Shown: one piece after another, positions 46,666 through 56,580 of the stretch
Layout of the letters: each line of letters begins with the position of its first letter
How positions within the stretch are numbered: the first letter of the stretch is position 1
Assembly (NCBI GenBank): GCA_049604295.1
Contig: JBMYTL010000005.1
Coordinates: 907-64,906 of the forward strand
Source: Gammaproteobacteria bacterium
Lineage (GTDB): Bacteria > Pseudomonadota > Gammaproteobacteria > JACKNK01
Length of the DNA: 64,000 nucleotides
Reading direction: 5' to 3'
Notes under the pieces: model-generated
What the model was told of the DNA's origin: nothing
Database searches by the model: none
What the model saw: only the letters and a program-made list of their open reading frames with translations
Program-made: the position numbers and the translations under genes

Positions 46666-47258
46666 TGCCCATGGTCTACCGACGATCTCACCGGCGCCTG
46701 CGTTGGCGACGCGCCGCGGTGGCGTTGCTATGTACCCTGCTCGCGGCTGTGATTCTGGGCTGGGAGGATATCGAGCGCGCACTGGTGGCACGGGCATGGA
46801 ATGCGACCCTGACCCCGGAGGATCGGATAACGCCCTGGCCCGGTGCCGGGTACTGGCCGGCCGCCCGACTGGTGATACCGCGTAGCAACGGGACTTTCTG
46901 GCTGTACCTCGGCCGGGAACGCCATGGCTCAAGGCCGCATCTTGAAGCGCCGCGGTGGCCACACGATGCCCGTGTGAACGTCGGGTCGGGCCCGCTGGGG
47001 GCGGCCCTGGACGCACTGCAAGCCAACGCCCTGGTGCAGGTCTACCTGCCGGGCGGGGAAGGTTGGAGTTACCGCGTGGTTTCAGGCGGCGGGGAGGATG
47101 ACGATCCGTCGCGGGAACAGGCAGAAGGGTTGATCTTCATGCGCGCGGGTGAGAAGGAGTTGATTGCGCGATTTGCCGGGCCCGCGCCCCGACCGCACGG
47201 GTTGGCGGGTACCCCCGCGCGGGGGGCACCCGCCCAGGACGTCAGAAGATTTCCTTGA
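46665..47258 (+). CDS. Degenerate class GN (marine proteobacterial) sortase-like protein
   Basis: TM, then LVARAWNATL...PWPGAGYWPAARLVIPR, resembling the class GN PWPWADTWPVARL motif. No GHRD histidine and no TCYPF cysteine. Confidence 0.65.
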   Translation: MPMVYRRSHRRLRWRRAAVALLCTLLAAVILGWEDIERALVARAWNATLTPEDRITPWPGAGYWPAARLVIPRSNGTFWLYLGRERHGSRPHLEAPRWPHDARVNVGSGPLGAALDALQANALVQVYLPGGEGWSYRVVSGGGEDDDPSREQAEGLIFMRAGEKELIARFAGPAPRPHGLAGTPARGAPAQDVRRFP

Positions 47259-48021
47259 AGAAGCTTTGCATCTTGGACCAGGAACGCATGTCAGCGGCGG
47301 CGTCATACTTGAGGTTCTCGATGCCGAAGGTGGCGGCGTCCGGGTTGGTGAACCCGTGGCGCACGTCGCCGCCATAGGTGTTCATCTCCCAGTTGGCGCC
47401 CGCTTCCTGCAACTTCGCGCGGAAGTTGGTGACCACTTCCGGGGCGATGAACTTGTCCGCCGCGCCATGCAGCACGAGGATCTGAGGGCCGATCTTGCCC
47501 TTGGATTCCTCGGGGGCGGCGGGCAGCGCGCCGTGGAAGCTGACCACGCCCTTCACCGGTGCGTTGTCGTAGGCCATTTGCAGGATAGAGGCACCGCCGA
47601 AGCAGTAACCGATGGCGGCGGTCTTGTCCGCATCGACCATGCCGCTGTCCACCAACTGGGTCAGGCCCGCGCGCGCACGCTCGCGCCAGCTCTCCACATC
47701 GACGGTGACGCCCTGCATCCATTCCTTGGCCTGGCCCGGATCCGTGGTGACCTTGCCCGTGCCGTACATGTCCGCGGCGAAGGCCACGTAGCCCAGCTCG
47801 GCGAGCATGTGGGCCCGTTTCTTGGCGTAATCGTTCAGGCCCCACCATTCGTGGATCACCAGGACTCCCGGTCGCTTGCCGCTATGGGCATCGTCCCAGT
47901 AGAGGTGTCCGGTGAGGGCGTCACCGTCGTGTTCGTAGGTGACCGCCTTGGTCTGGACTGCAGCCAGGGTGGGCATCGCGGTTGCGGCCAGCAGGGCCAG
48001 CGCGGTGATGTGCTTGAGCAT
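47242..48021 (-). CDS. Dienelactone hydrolase family protein, exported
   Basis: Signal peptide; HEWWGLN, IGYCFGG, SFHG, HGFTNP. Confidence 0.92.
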   Translation of the reverse strand: MLKHITALALLAATAMPTLAAVQTKAVTYEHDGDALTGHLYWDDAHSGKRPGVLVIHEWWGLNDYAKKRAHMLAELGYVAFAADMYGTGKVTTDPGQAKEWMQGVTVDVESWRERARAGLTQLVDSGMVDADKTAAIGYCFGGASILQMAYDNAPVKGVVSFHGALPAAPEESKGKIGPQILVLHGAADKFIAPEVVTNFRAKLQEAGANWEMNTYGGDVRHGFTNPDAATFGIENLKYDAAADMRSWSKMQSFFKEIF

Positions 48022-48297
48022 CTCAATACTCCTGTGGATGAAGGGGGCCGTTATGAGTCGGCTTAAATGATGTCGGTCTGACCGGGTTGGCCTGAACAAG
48101 GCCGGAATGAACAGGTGGCTTGCGGAGAAAGCCTGTAATCGCGGCGATATCGTATGCGCTGGATGTGTCTTGGGAAGCCACAAACCGCCTCTGGGTTATA
48201 GGGGGTTATCCGTATCGCGGCGTGGCCTGCGGGGGATGGCGTATGGGCGCCGCGGGCGCTTCAATGCACGTCCTGCTTCCCCTTCGGAGTCACATTT

Positions 48298-48798
48298 ATG
48301 GAGCGCCGTTATTCGATCTTGATTGCCACTGTCCTGCTGGCCGTGACCACGGGGCCAACCCATGCGGAGGATGTCCTCACCGTGCGCAATATCGGTATGG
48401 AGTTGGCCCGCGACCTGGCCGATGCGGCCGTGATGAAGTGCCGCGATGACGGCTATCAGGTGAGTGCCGTGGTGGTGGACCGTGCGGGCCAGGAACGTGC
48501 CGCCTTGCGCGATGACCTGGCAGCCCACTTCACGCTGCAGATCGCCCGCGAGAAGGCCAACATGGTCATCATGTCCGGATTGCCCTCGGGCGAGTTCCGC
48601 AAGTTGCGCGCGGATATCCGCCCGGAACTCAATCACGTGGACGGCCTGCTGGTTATGGAGGGCGGTGTGCCCATCCAGGTCGCGGGCAGCCGGGTGGGGG
48701 CCATCGGCGTCAGCGGTGCACCCGGGGGCGACAAGGATGAGGTCTGCGCGCGCGCTGCCATAGAGGCCCTGGCGGAGCGCATCGAGTTCGCCGATTGA
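48298..48798 (+). CDS. GlcG/HbpS-family heme-binding protein
   Basis: VSAVVVDRAG, IAREKA, GGVPI...GAIGVSGAPGGDKDE; signal peptide. Confidence 0.9.
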   Translation: MERRYSILIATVLLAVTTGPTHAEDVLTVRNIGMELARDLADAAVMKCRDDGYQVSAVVVDRAGQERAALRDDLAAHFTLQIAREKANMVIMSGLPSGEFRKLRADIRPELNHVDGLLVMEGGVPIQVAGSRVGAIGVSGAPGGDKDEVCARAAIEALAERIEFAD

Positions 48799-48848
48799 GG
48801 CGCCCGATGGCGGTCAGGTGAGCGCGGGCGGATCGATGGTCCGACCGC

Positions 48849-49754
48849 TCAATGAACGGGGTTGTCGCGTAACAGGCTGACGAAGGCCTCCGCCACCGGG
48901 TTGTTTCGCGTCGCACGGGTTCGGGCAATCCAGAGCGTGCGTTCAACGCGAAGGCCCGTGACGCGGATGTGGTGCAGGCTGCCCTGATCCAGGGCATCGG
49001 CAACGGAAAAGCGGGGCAGGATGCTGACGTGACGGCCCCGTTGCAGCATTTCCACGATGGTGTCCGTGGAGCCCACTTCCATGGTGATGGACAGGGGGCC
49101 GCAGCGGGCTTCGTGGAGGCTGCGATCGAGGAGTACGCGTTGGGAGGAACGCGGTTCCCGGAGCACGAAACGCAGGGTGCTGAGTTCGGCGCAACTGATC
49201 GAGGGGCAATCCCAAAGCGGGTGCTCCTGGCCGCATACCAGTAACAGTTCGTCCTCCAGCCAGGGACTGACCAGGATCTCCGGGTGGTCGGGGGCCTGCT
49301 CCAGGAGCGCCAGGTCCGTGAGCCCGGTGGCCAGGTGGTTGCTGATGCGGCGCGTGTAGCCCATGCGACTTTCGATCCGGTAGCCCGGGTGGGCGTCAGC
49401 GAAGCGCAGCAGAAGGTCGGGCAACAGGTGTTCGCCAATGGCGAAGGTGACCTCCAGGCGGAGACGGTCCTGGTGGCTGCGCAACGCCGCCAGGTTGTCC
49501 AGAAGCAGGCCGTGGTGTTCGAGCATCAGGCGGGCATAGGCATAGGCCTTCTCTCCCGCCGGCGTCAGTTCCAGGCGGCGTCCCTCGCGGTACATCAGTT
49601 CGACGCCGTAGCAGCGGTCCAGGGTGCGCAGGCGCTTGGTGACCGCCGGTTGCCCGATGTGCAGGGCACGCCCCGCCTCCGCGACGCCGCCCAGTTCGAC
49701 CACCGCCCGCAACGCGGCCAATGCCTTCAGGTCAGGGAGTTCTTTGTATTCCAT
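48849..49754 (-). CDS. LysR-family transcriptional regulator
   Basis: N-terminal HTH (AGRALHIGQPAVTKRLRTL), LTPAG, VLREPRS. Confidence 0.92.
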   Translation of the reverse strand: MEYKELPDLKALAALRAVVELGGVAEAGRALHIGQPAVTKRLRTLDRCYGVELMYREGRRLELTPAGEKAYAYARLMLEHHGLLLDNLAALRSHQDRLRLEVTFAIGEHLLPDLLLRFADAHPGYRIESRMGYTRRISNHLATGLTDLALLEQAPDHPEILVSPWLEDELLLVCGQEHPLWDCPSISCAELSTLRFVLREPRSSQRVLLDRSLHEARCGPLSITMEVGSTDTIVEMLQRGRHVSILPRFSVADALDQGSLHHIRVTGLRVERTLWIARTRATRNNPVAEAFVSLLRDNPVH

Positions 49755-49763
49755 TACGGAATA
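49747..49763. promoter_or_regulatory. Candidate LysR operator (T-N11-A palindrome)
   Basis: TATTCC-ATTAC-GGAATA overlapping the regulator start codon. Confidence 0.6.
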
Positions 49764-49950
49764 TTAATGCGTCGTTATTCATTTGAACACTGATGTACGG
49801 ATCTCCAGTATCCCGCGCCAATTTCGCACCGATGTGTAAAGGCCACGTATAGGTCCTGGTTCCTGATTGTATTGATCGGGAATGTGTATCCGGTGCTTTG
49901 CCGGGCGCGTGAATGCGTGCCACCCCGTTTCCCGCGCAGAGAATCCGACC

Positions 49951-50187
49951 ATGCCGATCGATCGTAAACGTGTGCTGTTACCCACCCTGGTCTACGGGGT
50001 GATCAGCGTCACGCTCTACGTGCTGCTGTATCTCTTCAACGAGCAGGTACTGGAGTATTCCCGCCAGGGTGGTTGGTACTTCGTGATCCCGCTCACCATC
50101 GCCTTCGGCTTCTCCATCGTCCACGGCAACTTCACCGGCAAGTTCTGGGACCTGTTCGGCATCAAGCCGAAGACCACCAAGAAGTAA
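49951..50187 (+). CDS. Small two-TM membrane protein upstream of TauE
   Basis: Two hydrophobic helices, FSIVHGNFTGKFWDLFGIK; 9 bp from the next gene. Confidence 0.8.
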   Translation: MPIDRKRVLLPTLVYGVISVTLYVLLYLFNEQVLEYSRQGGWYFVIPLTIAFGFSIVHGNFTGKFWDLFGIKPKTTKK

Positions 50188-50196
50188 GGGGCCGAC

Positions 50197-52113
50197 ATGG
50201 AAATCAACTTCATCGATCTGGGTGTCGGCAACGTCATCTTTTTGTTCCTGGTGGGCTTCGTGGGTGGCCTGGTGTCCGGCTTCATCGGCTCCGGTGGTGC
50301 CTTCGTCCTCACTCCCGCCATGATGAACATGGGGGTTACCGCCATCATGGCCGTGGCTTCCAACATGGCCCATAAATTCCCCAAGGCCTTCGTCGGCGCC
50401 ATGAAGCGCCACAAGTTCGGCCAGGTGGACGTCAAACTGGGCATAGTGCTGGGCATCTCCGCCGAGGCCGGGGTGCTCTACGGGGCAGGGGTTCAGGAGA
50501 CTATCCGCGAGACCTTCGGCAAGGCCGGCTCCAACCTCTATGTGTCCGGCGTGTTCGTGGTGGTGCTGGCCATCGTCGGCGGCTACGTGCTGCGTGACGC
50601 CTGGAAGATGTACCACTCCACCAACCCGGACGAGGAGAAGACCCCGAAGCTCGCCAAGTGGGTCCAGTCCGTACACATCCCCGGCACCATGATGTACTTC
50701 AAATCCATCGACGCGAAGGTGTCGGTGCTGTTCACCATCCCCATCGGTTTCGCCACCGGCATGCTTGCGGCCACCATCGCCGTGGGTGGCTTCATCGGCG
50801 TGCCGGCCATGATGTATATCCTTGGTGTGCCCGGGCTCATGGCCTCGGCCACCGAACTGGTCATCGCCTTCGTCATGGGCATGGGTGGCACCATCAAGTT
50901 CGCCTGGTCCGGCTTCGTGGACATCCGCCTGGCCATGATAATCCTGGCGGGTTCGTTGTTCGGCGTGCAGTTGGGCGCCATCGGCACCACCTACGTGAAG
51001 CCCTACATGGTCAAGGTCGTCATGGGCGTGATCATGATCCTGGCCCTGTTCAGCCGCGGCGTGGTGATTCCGGTGTATCTGTCCGAGCTGGGCGAGATCG
51101 AGAAGCTCGCCGACCCCACCGCCGAGTTCCTGCGCAACCTCAGTTTCGGCCTGCTGATCTTCGCCCTCAGCGTCGGGGCCATCATTGTCTTCAAGGCGCT
51201 GATCTCCGGTATGCGCGCCCATCGGGCCAAGCTGGCCGCCGAGGATGCGCCGGTTGGCGCCTTCAGTCGCCCGGAACCCACCCAGGTCCAGTCCCTGTCT
51301 CCCGCCGGGCGCATGGAGCGCATCATGCTGGTGACCGACAACTCGCGCTTCACCGACGGCGCGGTCAGCGAGGCCATCAACATCGCCCGCCGCTGCAAGG
51401 CCAAACTGTTCGCCTACAGTGTGCTGCCCACCCCGGATTTCGAGAACACCGAGCTGCACAAGGTGGAGAAGAAGCAGACGGTGGAACGCCTCATGGCCGT
51501 GCGTGAGCAGGCCGCCGCGTCCGGTGTGGATTGCGAGATCCTGCTCGGTCACGGCGATGACCCGTACGAGGAGATCGTCGACCAGGCCGAAGTATCCTCC
51601 ATGGATGTCATCGTCATGGGCCGACGGGAAAAGACCGACCTCATGCGCACGCTCATGGGGTCCACCACCGAACTGGTTATCGGCCACACCCTTTCCGACG
51701 TGCTCGTGGTGCCCCACAAGGCCCAGGGCATGGAGGGCAAGCGTATCGTCCTGCCGGTGGACGGCTCGCGCGATTCCGATGCCGCCGCGCTCACCGTTCT
51801 CAACCTGGTCAAACTCTGCAAGGCGCCCATCACCGTCTGCTCCGTCGCCATCGACGAGCGTCTGTGGAGCGACGCCGCCCAACATGCCGAACGGGTGCGG
51901 GCGCTCATGGCCGAGCAGGGCGTCGAGCCGGACGTGGATATCCGTGTCGGTCAGCCCGACCAGGGCATTGTCGAGTGCGTGAAGGATACCGGTGCCGATC
52001 TGGTCGTCATGGGCGGACGCGGTGCAACCGGTCTTGACCGGCTGCTGGTGGGCAGTGTGTCCCAGCGGGTCATCGGCACCGCCGGGTGCCCGGTGTGGGT
52101 GGTGAAACTCTGA
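50197..52113 (+). CDS. TauE/SafE sulfite-exporter family protein fused to tandem universal stress protein domains
   Basis: GFIGSGGAFVLTP and AVGGFIGVP repeats; two USP domains (DVIVMGRR...MGSTT, DLVVMGGRG...LVGSVS). Confidence 0.9.
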   Translation: MEINFIDLGVGNVIFLFLVGFVGGLVSGFIGSGGAFVLTPAMMNMGVTAIMAVASNMAHKFPKAFVGAMKRHKFGQVDVKLGIVLGISAEAGVLYGAGVQETIRETFGKAGSNLYVSGVFVVVLAIVGGYVLRDAWKMYHSTNPDEEKTPKLAKWVQSVHIPGTMMYFKSIDAKVSVLFTIPIGFATGMLAATIAVGGFIGVPAMMYILGVPGLMASATELVIAFVMGMGGTIKFAWSGFVDIRLAMIILAGSLFGVQLGAIGTTYVKPYMVKVVMGVIMILALFSRGVVIPVYLSELGEIEKLADPTAEFLRNLSFGLLIFALSVGAIIVFKALISGMRAHRAKLAAEDAPVGAFSRPEPTQVQSLSPAGRMERIMLVTDNSRFTDGAVSEAINIARRCKAKLFAYSVLPTPDFENTELHKVEKKQTVERLMAVREQAAASGVDCEILLGHGDDPYEEIVDQAEVSSMDVIVMGRREKTDLMRTLMGSTTELVIGHTLSDVLVVPHKAQGMEGKRIVLPVDGSRDSDAAALTVLNLVKLCKAPITVCSVAIDERLWSDAAQHAERVRALMAEQGVEPDVDIRVGQPDQGIVECVKDTGADLVVMGGRGATGLDRLLVGSVSQRVIGTAGCPVWVVKL

Positions 52114-52470
52114 GACGCAGGCCCTTCGTTTTCTTCTCGCTCTGAAGCCGCGTGCTCGGGATACAGAGCGAACACAGCGACCTGGAGCCGGGTCCCGGCG
52201 CTGCCTGCGCCCTACGCGCGAATTTTGAGCTACGAATTTTGGGTTTTGAGTTCGGGCCGTGTCCGCTGGGCCGATGCTTCGTTGCGGGAGAACTGCACTG
52301 CTCCTGCCACGTGATCGGAGTACAGACCCCGGTCTGACCGCGCGCAGCGCGTTCCACGGCTTGGAGACCGGCTTCGCCGGGCGCATCGAGATGCGGACTC
52401 CGTTCTTCGGTCAGGTCCTGAAACGGGACCCGCGCACAGGTCCGCCTCGGCACGTGCCGCGATGCCCTGT

Positions 52471-54021
52471 TTATTGGCGCGGTGCGTCCGTTTCGGCACT
52501 CAATGCCCCCGCCCTCTCCGGTTCCGGATAGAGCTCGGCCAGGGTCACGGACAGGCCGTTTTCCTGGACCACGCGAGCGTGGTGGCGATTGAGCTCGCGG
52601 GGCTCCCTGGCCCCGCAGGAGTGGGCGATGATGCCGACCTCGTGGACGATGTTGCGGACGTAGTGGGCGACACGCTCGGATTTCACCGTCGGGTCCAGGC
52701 CCCGTTGCAGTTTCTCCTTGTGGGTGGTGATGCCGGTGGGACAGGTATTCCTGTTGCATTGCAGGGCCTGTATGCAGCCCAGGGCGAACATGAAGCCGCG
52801 CGCGGAGACGCAGAAATCCGCGCCCACGCACAGTGCCCAGGCCACGTCGGCGGGGGTGACGAGCTTGCCTGAGGCGATGACCTTGACACGATCCTTGAGA
52901 CCCCAGGCGGTGAGCCGGTCCACCAGCATGGGCAGGCCCTCGCGCAGGGGCAGCCCCATGTCGTCCATCAGTGCCATGGGGGCGGCGCCGGTTCCACCTT
53001 CCGCGCCGTCCACGGTGATGAAGTCCGGGGCGGACTCCATCCCGCGTTTCTGAACCTCGGCGAACAAGTCGTCCAGCCAGCCCGCCCCGCCCATGACCGC
53101 CTTGAAGCCCACGGGCTTGCCGGTGACCGCGCGGATATGGGCCAGGGTGTCGAGCAGATCGCCGACGTTGTTGATGTCCGGGTGGCGGTTTGGCGAGATG
53201 GAGTCGGCACCCACCGGAATGCCACGGATGCTGGATATCTCGGCAGTGACCTTGGCGCCGGGGAGGATGCCGCCCTTGCCGGGTTTGGCGCCCTGGCTGA
53301 TCTTCAGTTCGAACATGCGCACGGCATCGCGGCCGGCCAGGGTACGCAGGCGTTCGTCGTCGAAGTTACCGTCCGCGTCGCGCACCCCGTACTTGGCCGT
53401 GCCGATCTGCACCACCAGGTCGCAGCCCGCTTCCAGGTGATAGGGCGAGGTGCCACCCTCGCCGGTATTCATCCAGCAGCCGGCCTTGCGTGCGCCGTGG
53501 GCCAGGGCCGTGACCGCGGGCTTGGATAGCGCGCCGAAGCTCATCCCGGAGATGTTGAACAGCGATGCGGTGGTGTACGGGGTCTGGCAGTGGGGACCGA
53601 TGGTGATCGGGACGGTGGCCACCGCGTCCCGTTCCAGGGTGGGGAATGCGGTGTTGACGAACAGCACGTTGCCGGTGACGCGGGTGTCCCGCGTTGAGCC
53701 GAAGGCCACGGTGTTGTCCAGGTTCTTGGCGGCACGGTAGACCCAGGAACGCTGGGCGCGGTTGAAGGGCAGTTCCTCGCGATCCATGGCGAAGAAATAC
53801 TGGCGGAAGAATTCGCCTATGTGCTCGAAGAAGTAGCGGAAGTGGCCGATGACCGGGTAGTTGCGGCGAATCGCTTGTTCGGTCTGGGTTCGGTCGACAA
53901 CGTAGGTGACGATGACGATCAGTAGCAGAAGACCGAAGACAAAGATGAACAGGGTGGAGAAGAACAGCAGGAAATCGAACACCAGTTCCTGGTTCTTGTC
54001 ATTCAGCATGGGAATGTTCAT
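52471..54021 (-). CDS. FMN-binding glutamate synthase family protein
   Basis: SGMSFGALS, NTGEGG, KISQGAKPGKGG, DGAEGGTGAAP, CIQALQCNRNTCPTG. Confidence 0.93.
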   Translation of the reverse strand: MNIPMLNDKNQELVFDFLLFFSTLFIFVFGLLLLIVIVTYVVDRTQTEQAIRRNYPVIGHFRYFFEHIGEFFRQYFFAMDREELPFNRAQRSWVYRAAKNLDNTVAFGSTRDTRVTGNVLFVNTAFPTLERDAVATVPITIGPHCQTPYTTASLFNISGMSFGALSKPAVTALAHGARKAGCWMNTGEGGTSPYHLEAGCDLVVQIGTAKYGVRDADGNFDDERLRTLAGRDAVRMFELKISQGAKPGKGGILPGAKVTAEISSIRGIPVGADSISPNRHPDINNVGDLLDTLAHIRAVTGKPVGFKAVMGGAGWLDDLFAEVQKRGMESAPDFITVDGAEGGTGAAPMALMDDMGLPLREGLPMLVDRLTAWGLKDRVKVIASGKLVTPADVAWALCVGADFCVSARGFMFALGCIQALQCNRNTCPTGITTHKEKLQRGLDPTVKSERVAHYVRNIVHEVGIIAHSCGAREPRELNRHHARVVQENGLSVTLAELYPEPERAGALSAETDAPRQ

Positions 54022-54232
54022 GGCACGCGCTCTGAAGGACTGCTTGGGCAACCTTGGCAGATGGGCTGCCCGCACCGGTCCATGGGGTTTCCCGGGGGCG
54101 GTAGTGGGGGAGAGTGTGTCGGAGGGGCGGGCGGGGTAGCGTGCAAGCCGTTGCCGTGGCGCCCACGGATTCCCCCATTGGCGTTTGCGCGCGGGGGTGT
54201 TTGCATTGCACCTATACAGATACGAGGGGGCG

Positions 54233-54496
54233 ATGATGACTTTGGAAAAGGCGATTCAGGCCGTGATCGGCAAGCATGTGGGGGATGTCGATCAGGCGAC
54301 CCGGGCGGCTTTGGCCGCGGAGCTCGAGGGCTTGTTCCGGGAACATATGGAGCGAGCGGTAAATCACTCGCTCGAGCACTATCAGAGTGTGGTGGAGCGT
54401 CACTTCGAGCCCGGCTCGGATATGGACCGCAAGCTCAAGGGCGAGATCCCCGAAATGGAGCAGGCCCTGATGGCGAATCTGGGCTCTATGCGCTGA
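54233..54496 (+). CDS. Small helical hypothetical protein
   Basis: GAGG RBS, 87-aa amphipathic ORF filling the gap between two minus-strand genes. Confidence 0.65.
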   Translation: MMTLEKAIQAVIGKHVGDVDQATRAALAAELEGLFREHMERAVNHSLEHYQSVVERHFEPGSDMDRKLKGEIPEMEQALMANLGSMR

Positions 54497-54556
54497 TCGG
54501 CGGTGACCGGTGCTGGGGGGCGGCACCTCCAGCTGCCGTGTCGGCCGCCGTGGATG

Positions 54557-55621
54557 TCAACGCGTCGCGCTGAAATCCAGGAGCCGTTTGACCGAGCGGA
54601 ATGCGGCCGCGCGGGTCTGTTCCGGAAGGTGGATTTCGTTGCCGCCGGTCTCAAGAACGTGGGCGAGTCCGGCGAGCCCGTTCATATTCATCCAGGGGCA
54701 GTGGGCGCAGCTTACGCAGGTGGCGCCCTCGCCAACGGTAGGGGCCTCGATAAGGGTCTTGCCCGGAGCCGCCTGCTGCATTTTGTAGAAGATGCCGCGG
54801 TCGGTGGCGACGATGAACTCGGGGTTGTCCATGTCCCGTACGGCGTTGATCAGCCCGGTGGTCGAGCCCACCACGTCGGCCAGTTCGACCACGGGAGCGG
54901 GCGATTCGGGGTGGACCAGGATGGCGGCGTGTGGGTGCTCGCGTTTCATGGTCTCCAGGGCCTCGGCGCGGAAGGCTTCGTGGACCACGCAGCCCGCCTG
55001 CCACATGAGCATGTCGGCCCCCGTCTGCCGCGCCACGTAGGTACCCAGGTGCCGGTCCGGGGCCCAGATGATTTTCTCGCCCCGTTCATGCAGGTGTTTG
55101 ACCACCTCCAGCGCGATGCCCGAGGTCACCATCCAGTCCGCGCGTGCCTTCACGGCGGCGCTGGTGTTGGCGTACACGACCACGGTGTGATCCGGGTGCT
55201 CATCGCAGAACGCGGCGAATTCATCCGGGGGGCAGCCCAGTTCCAGCGAGCACTGCGCCTGGGGTTCGATCATCAGGACCCGCTTTTCGGGGCTGAGGAT
55301 CTTGGCCGTCTCACCCATGAAACGCACTCCGGCCACGACCACCGTTTTGGCCTCCGATTCGAAGCCGAAGCGGGCCATTTCCAGGGAGTCGGCGACCCGT
55401 CCGCCACTGCGCTCCGCCAGTTCCTGGAGGTCCGCATCGGTGTAGTAGTGGGCGACCAGTACCGCGTTCCGCGCGCGCAACAGCGCGCTGCAGTGCTCCA
55501 TCAAGCGGTCCCGCTCCGCGGCGTTCAGCGTAGCGGGCGATGGGGCGGCCAGGGCCTGGCGGGCAATGGCCTCTTCCAGGGCATGGGGGATGTCAAAAGC
55601 CGGATTGGCGACAGCGTTCAT
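54557..55621 (-). CDS. nadA: Quinolinate synthase A
   Basis: [51 protein letters not shown]. Confidence 0.96.
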   Translation of the reverse strand: MNAVANPAFDIPHALEEAIARQALAAPSPATLNAAERDRLMEHCSALLRARNAVLVAHYYTDADLQELAERSGGRVADSLEMARFGFESEAKTVVVAGVRFMGETAKILSPEKRVLMIEPQAQCSLELGCPPDEFAAFCDEHPDHTVVVYANTSAAVKARADWMVTSGIALEVVKHLHERGEKIIWAPDRHLGTYVARQTGADMLMWQAGCVVHEAFRAEALETMKREHPHAAILVHPESPAPVVELADVVGSTTGLINAVRDMDNPEFIVATDRGIFYKMQQAAPGKTLIEAPTVGEGATCVSCAHCPWMNMNGLAGLAHVLETGGNEIHLPEQTRAAAFRSVKRLLDFSATR

Positions 55622-55651
55622 CGCGGGGCGGGGGCTCAGCTACAGTCAACG

Positions 55652-55677
55652 AAAAAGGCACCGGAAGCACCGGTGCC
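55652..55677 (-). terminator. Intrinsic terminator about 30 nt upstream of nadA
   Basis: Minus strand GGCACCGG-TGCTT-CCGGTGCC followed by TTTTT. Confidence 0.7.
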
Positions 55678-55830
55678 AGTCACTTGCCGCAAAGACTATC
55701 AGACCCATGTCGGTGATGTGTCTTACCCCCTTTGGGGGGATGAGTGGCCCGGTCGGATCAAGCCGCCTTCTGACGGTTCCGGGGGGGGTTGCCCGTTTCG
55801 GTACCTCTTCACACCCTGTTCAGACCCGGT

Positions 55831-56580
55831 TCAGGGCTTCGGCAAGGCCTCGTGCTCGTCTTTGAAACGGTCGACCCATAGGGCGGTTGCGCCGCAGACG
55901 GCCGTCGGCATGGCAATGAAGTTGAGCACCGGAATCATGGTGAACAGGGTCGTCATGGCACCGAAGCCGAGCCCGGTCATACGGCGTGTCTGCACGCGTG
56001 CGCGGATGTCCTTGAACAGAAGGTTGTGGTTGCCCATGGGGTAATCCATGTATTCCAAGGCCAGCATCCAGGCGCTGAACAGGAACCACAGCACGGGCGC
56101 CGCGACGTTGAGTACGGGGATGAAGGACAGGATCAGCAGGGGTATGGCACGCACCACGAAATACATGAGTTTGCCGATCTCGGCGGCGATCATGGGTAGG
56201 ACGGACTTGAGTACGTCGGCCAGGCTGGAACCGTCTTCCAGTGGTTGGCCGGTGAGCAGCAGTTCGGTTTTTTCCGCGAGCAGGCTGTTGAATGGGGCCG
56301 CGATGATGTTGGCCAACAGACTGAAGGTGTAGAACACGACGAGGAGAAAGGCGGCCACTGCAAGCGGCCACAGCAGCCACTCAAGCCAATCCAGCCAATC
56401 GGGCAGGTAATCGGTCAGGTCCTGCATCAGATCGGCGAACAGCACGTAGGCCAGCCAGCCGAGGCCGCCGAATATCACGATATTGATCAGCAGGGGAATG
56501 AGGACGAATCGACGCAGCCCGGGCTGCATGATCAGGGACAAGCCCTTGAAGAGGTATCCGGCTCCGGCAAATGGGCCCAC
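55831..56580 (-). CDS. cysZ: Sulfate transporter CysZ
   Basis: PGLRRFVLIPLLIN, ANIIAAPFNSLLAEK, YMDYPMGNH, MPTAVCGAT. Confidence 0.93.
   Translation of the reverse strand: MGPFAGAGYLFKGLSLIMQPGLRRFVLIPLLINIVIFGGLGWLAYVLFADLMQDLTDYLPDWLDWLEWLLWPLAVAAFLLVVFYTFSLLANIIAAPFNSLLAEKTELLLTGQPLEDGSSLADVLKSVLPMIAAEIGKLMYFVVRAIPLLILSFIPVLNVAAPVLWFLFSAWMLALEYMDYPMGNHNLLFKDIRARVQTRRMTGLGFGAMTTLFTMIPVLNFIAMPTAVCGATALWVDRFKDEHEALPKP

Noticed and set aside
49978-52386. 802-aa minus-strand ORF, and similar long ORFs at 23822-25519, 18006-19427, 43961-45478, 54503-56044, 36723-38177 and 39044-40537
   Set aside because: Antisense shadows of well-supported genes in high-GC DNA, with no recognisable motifs.
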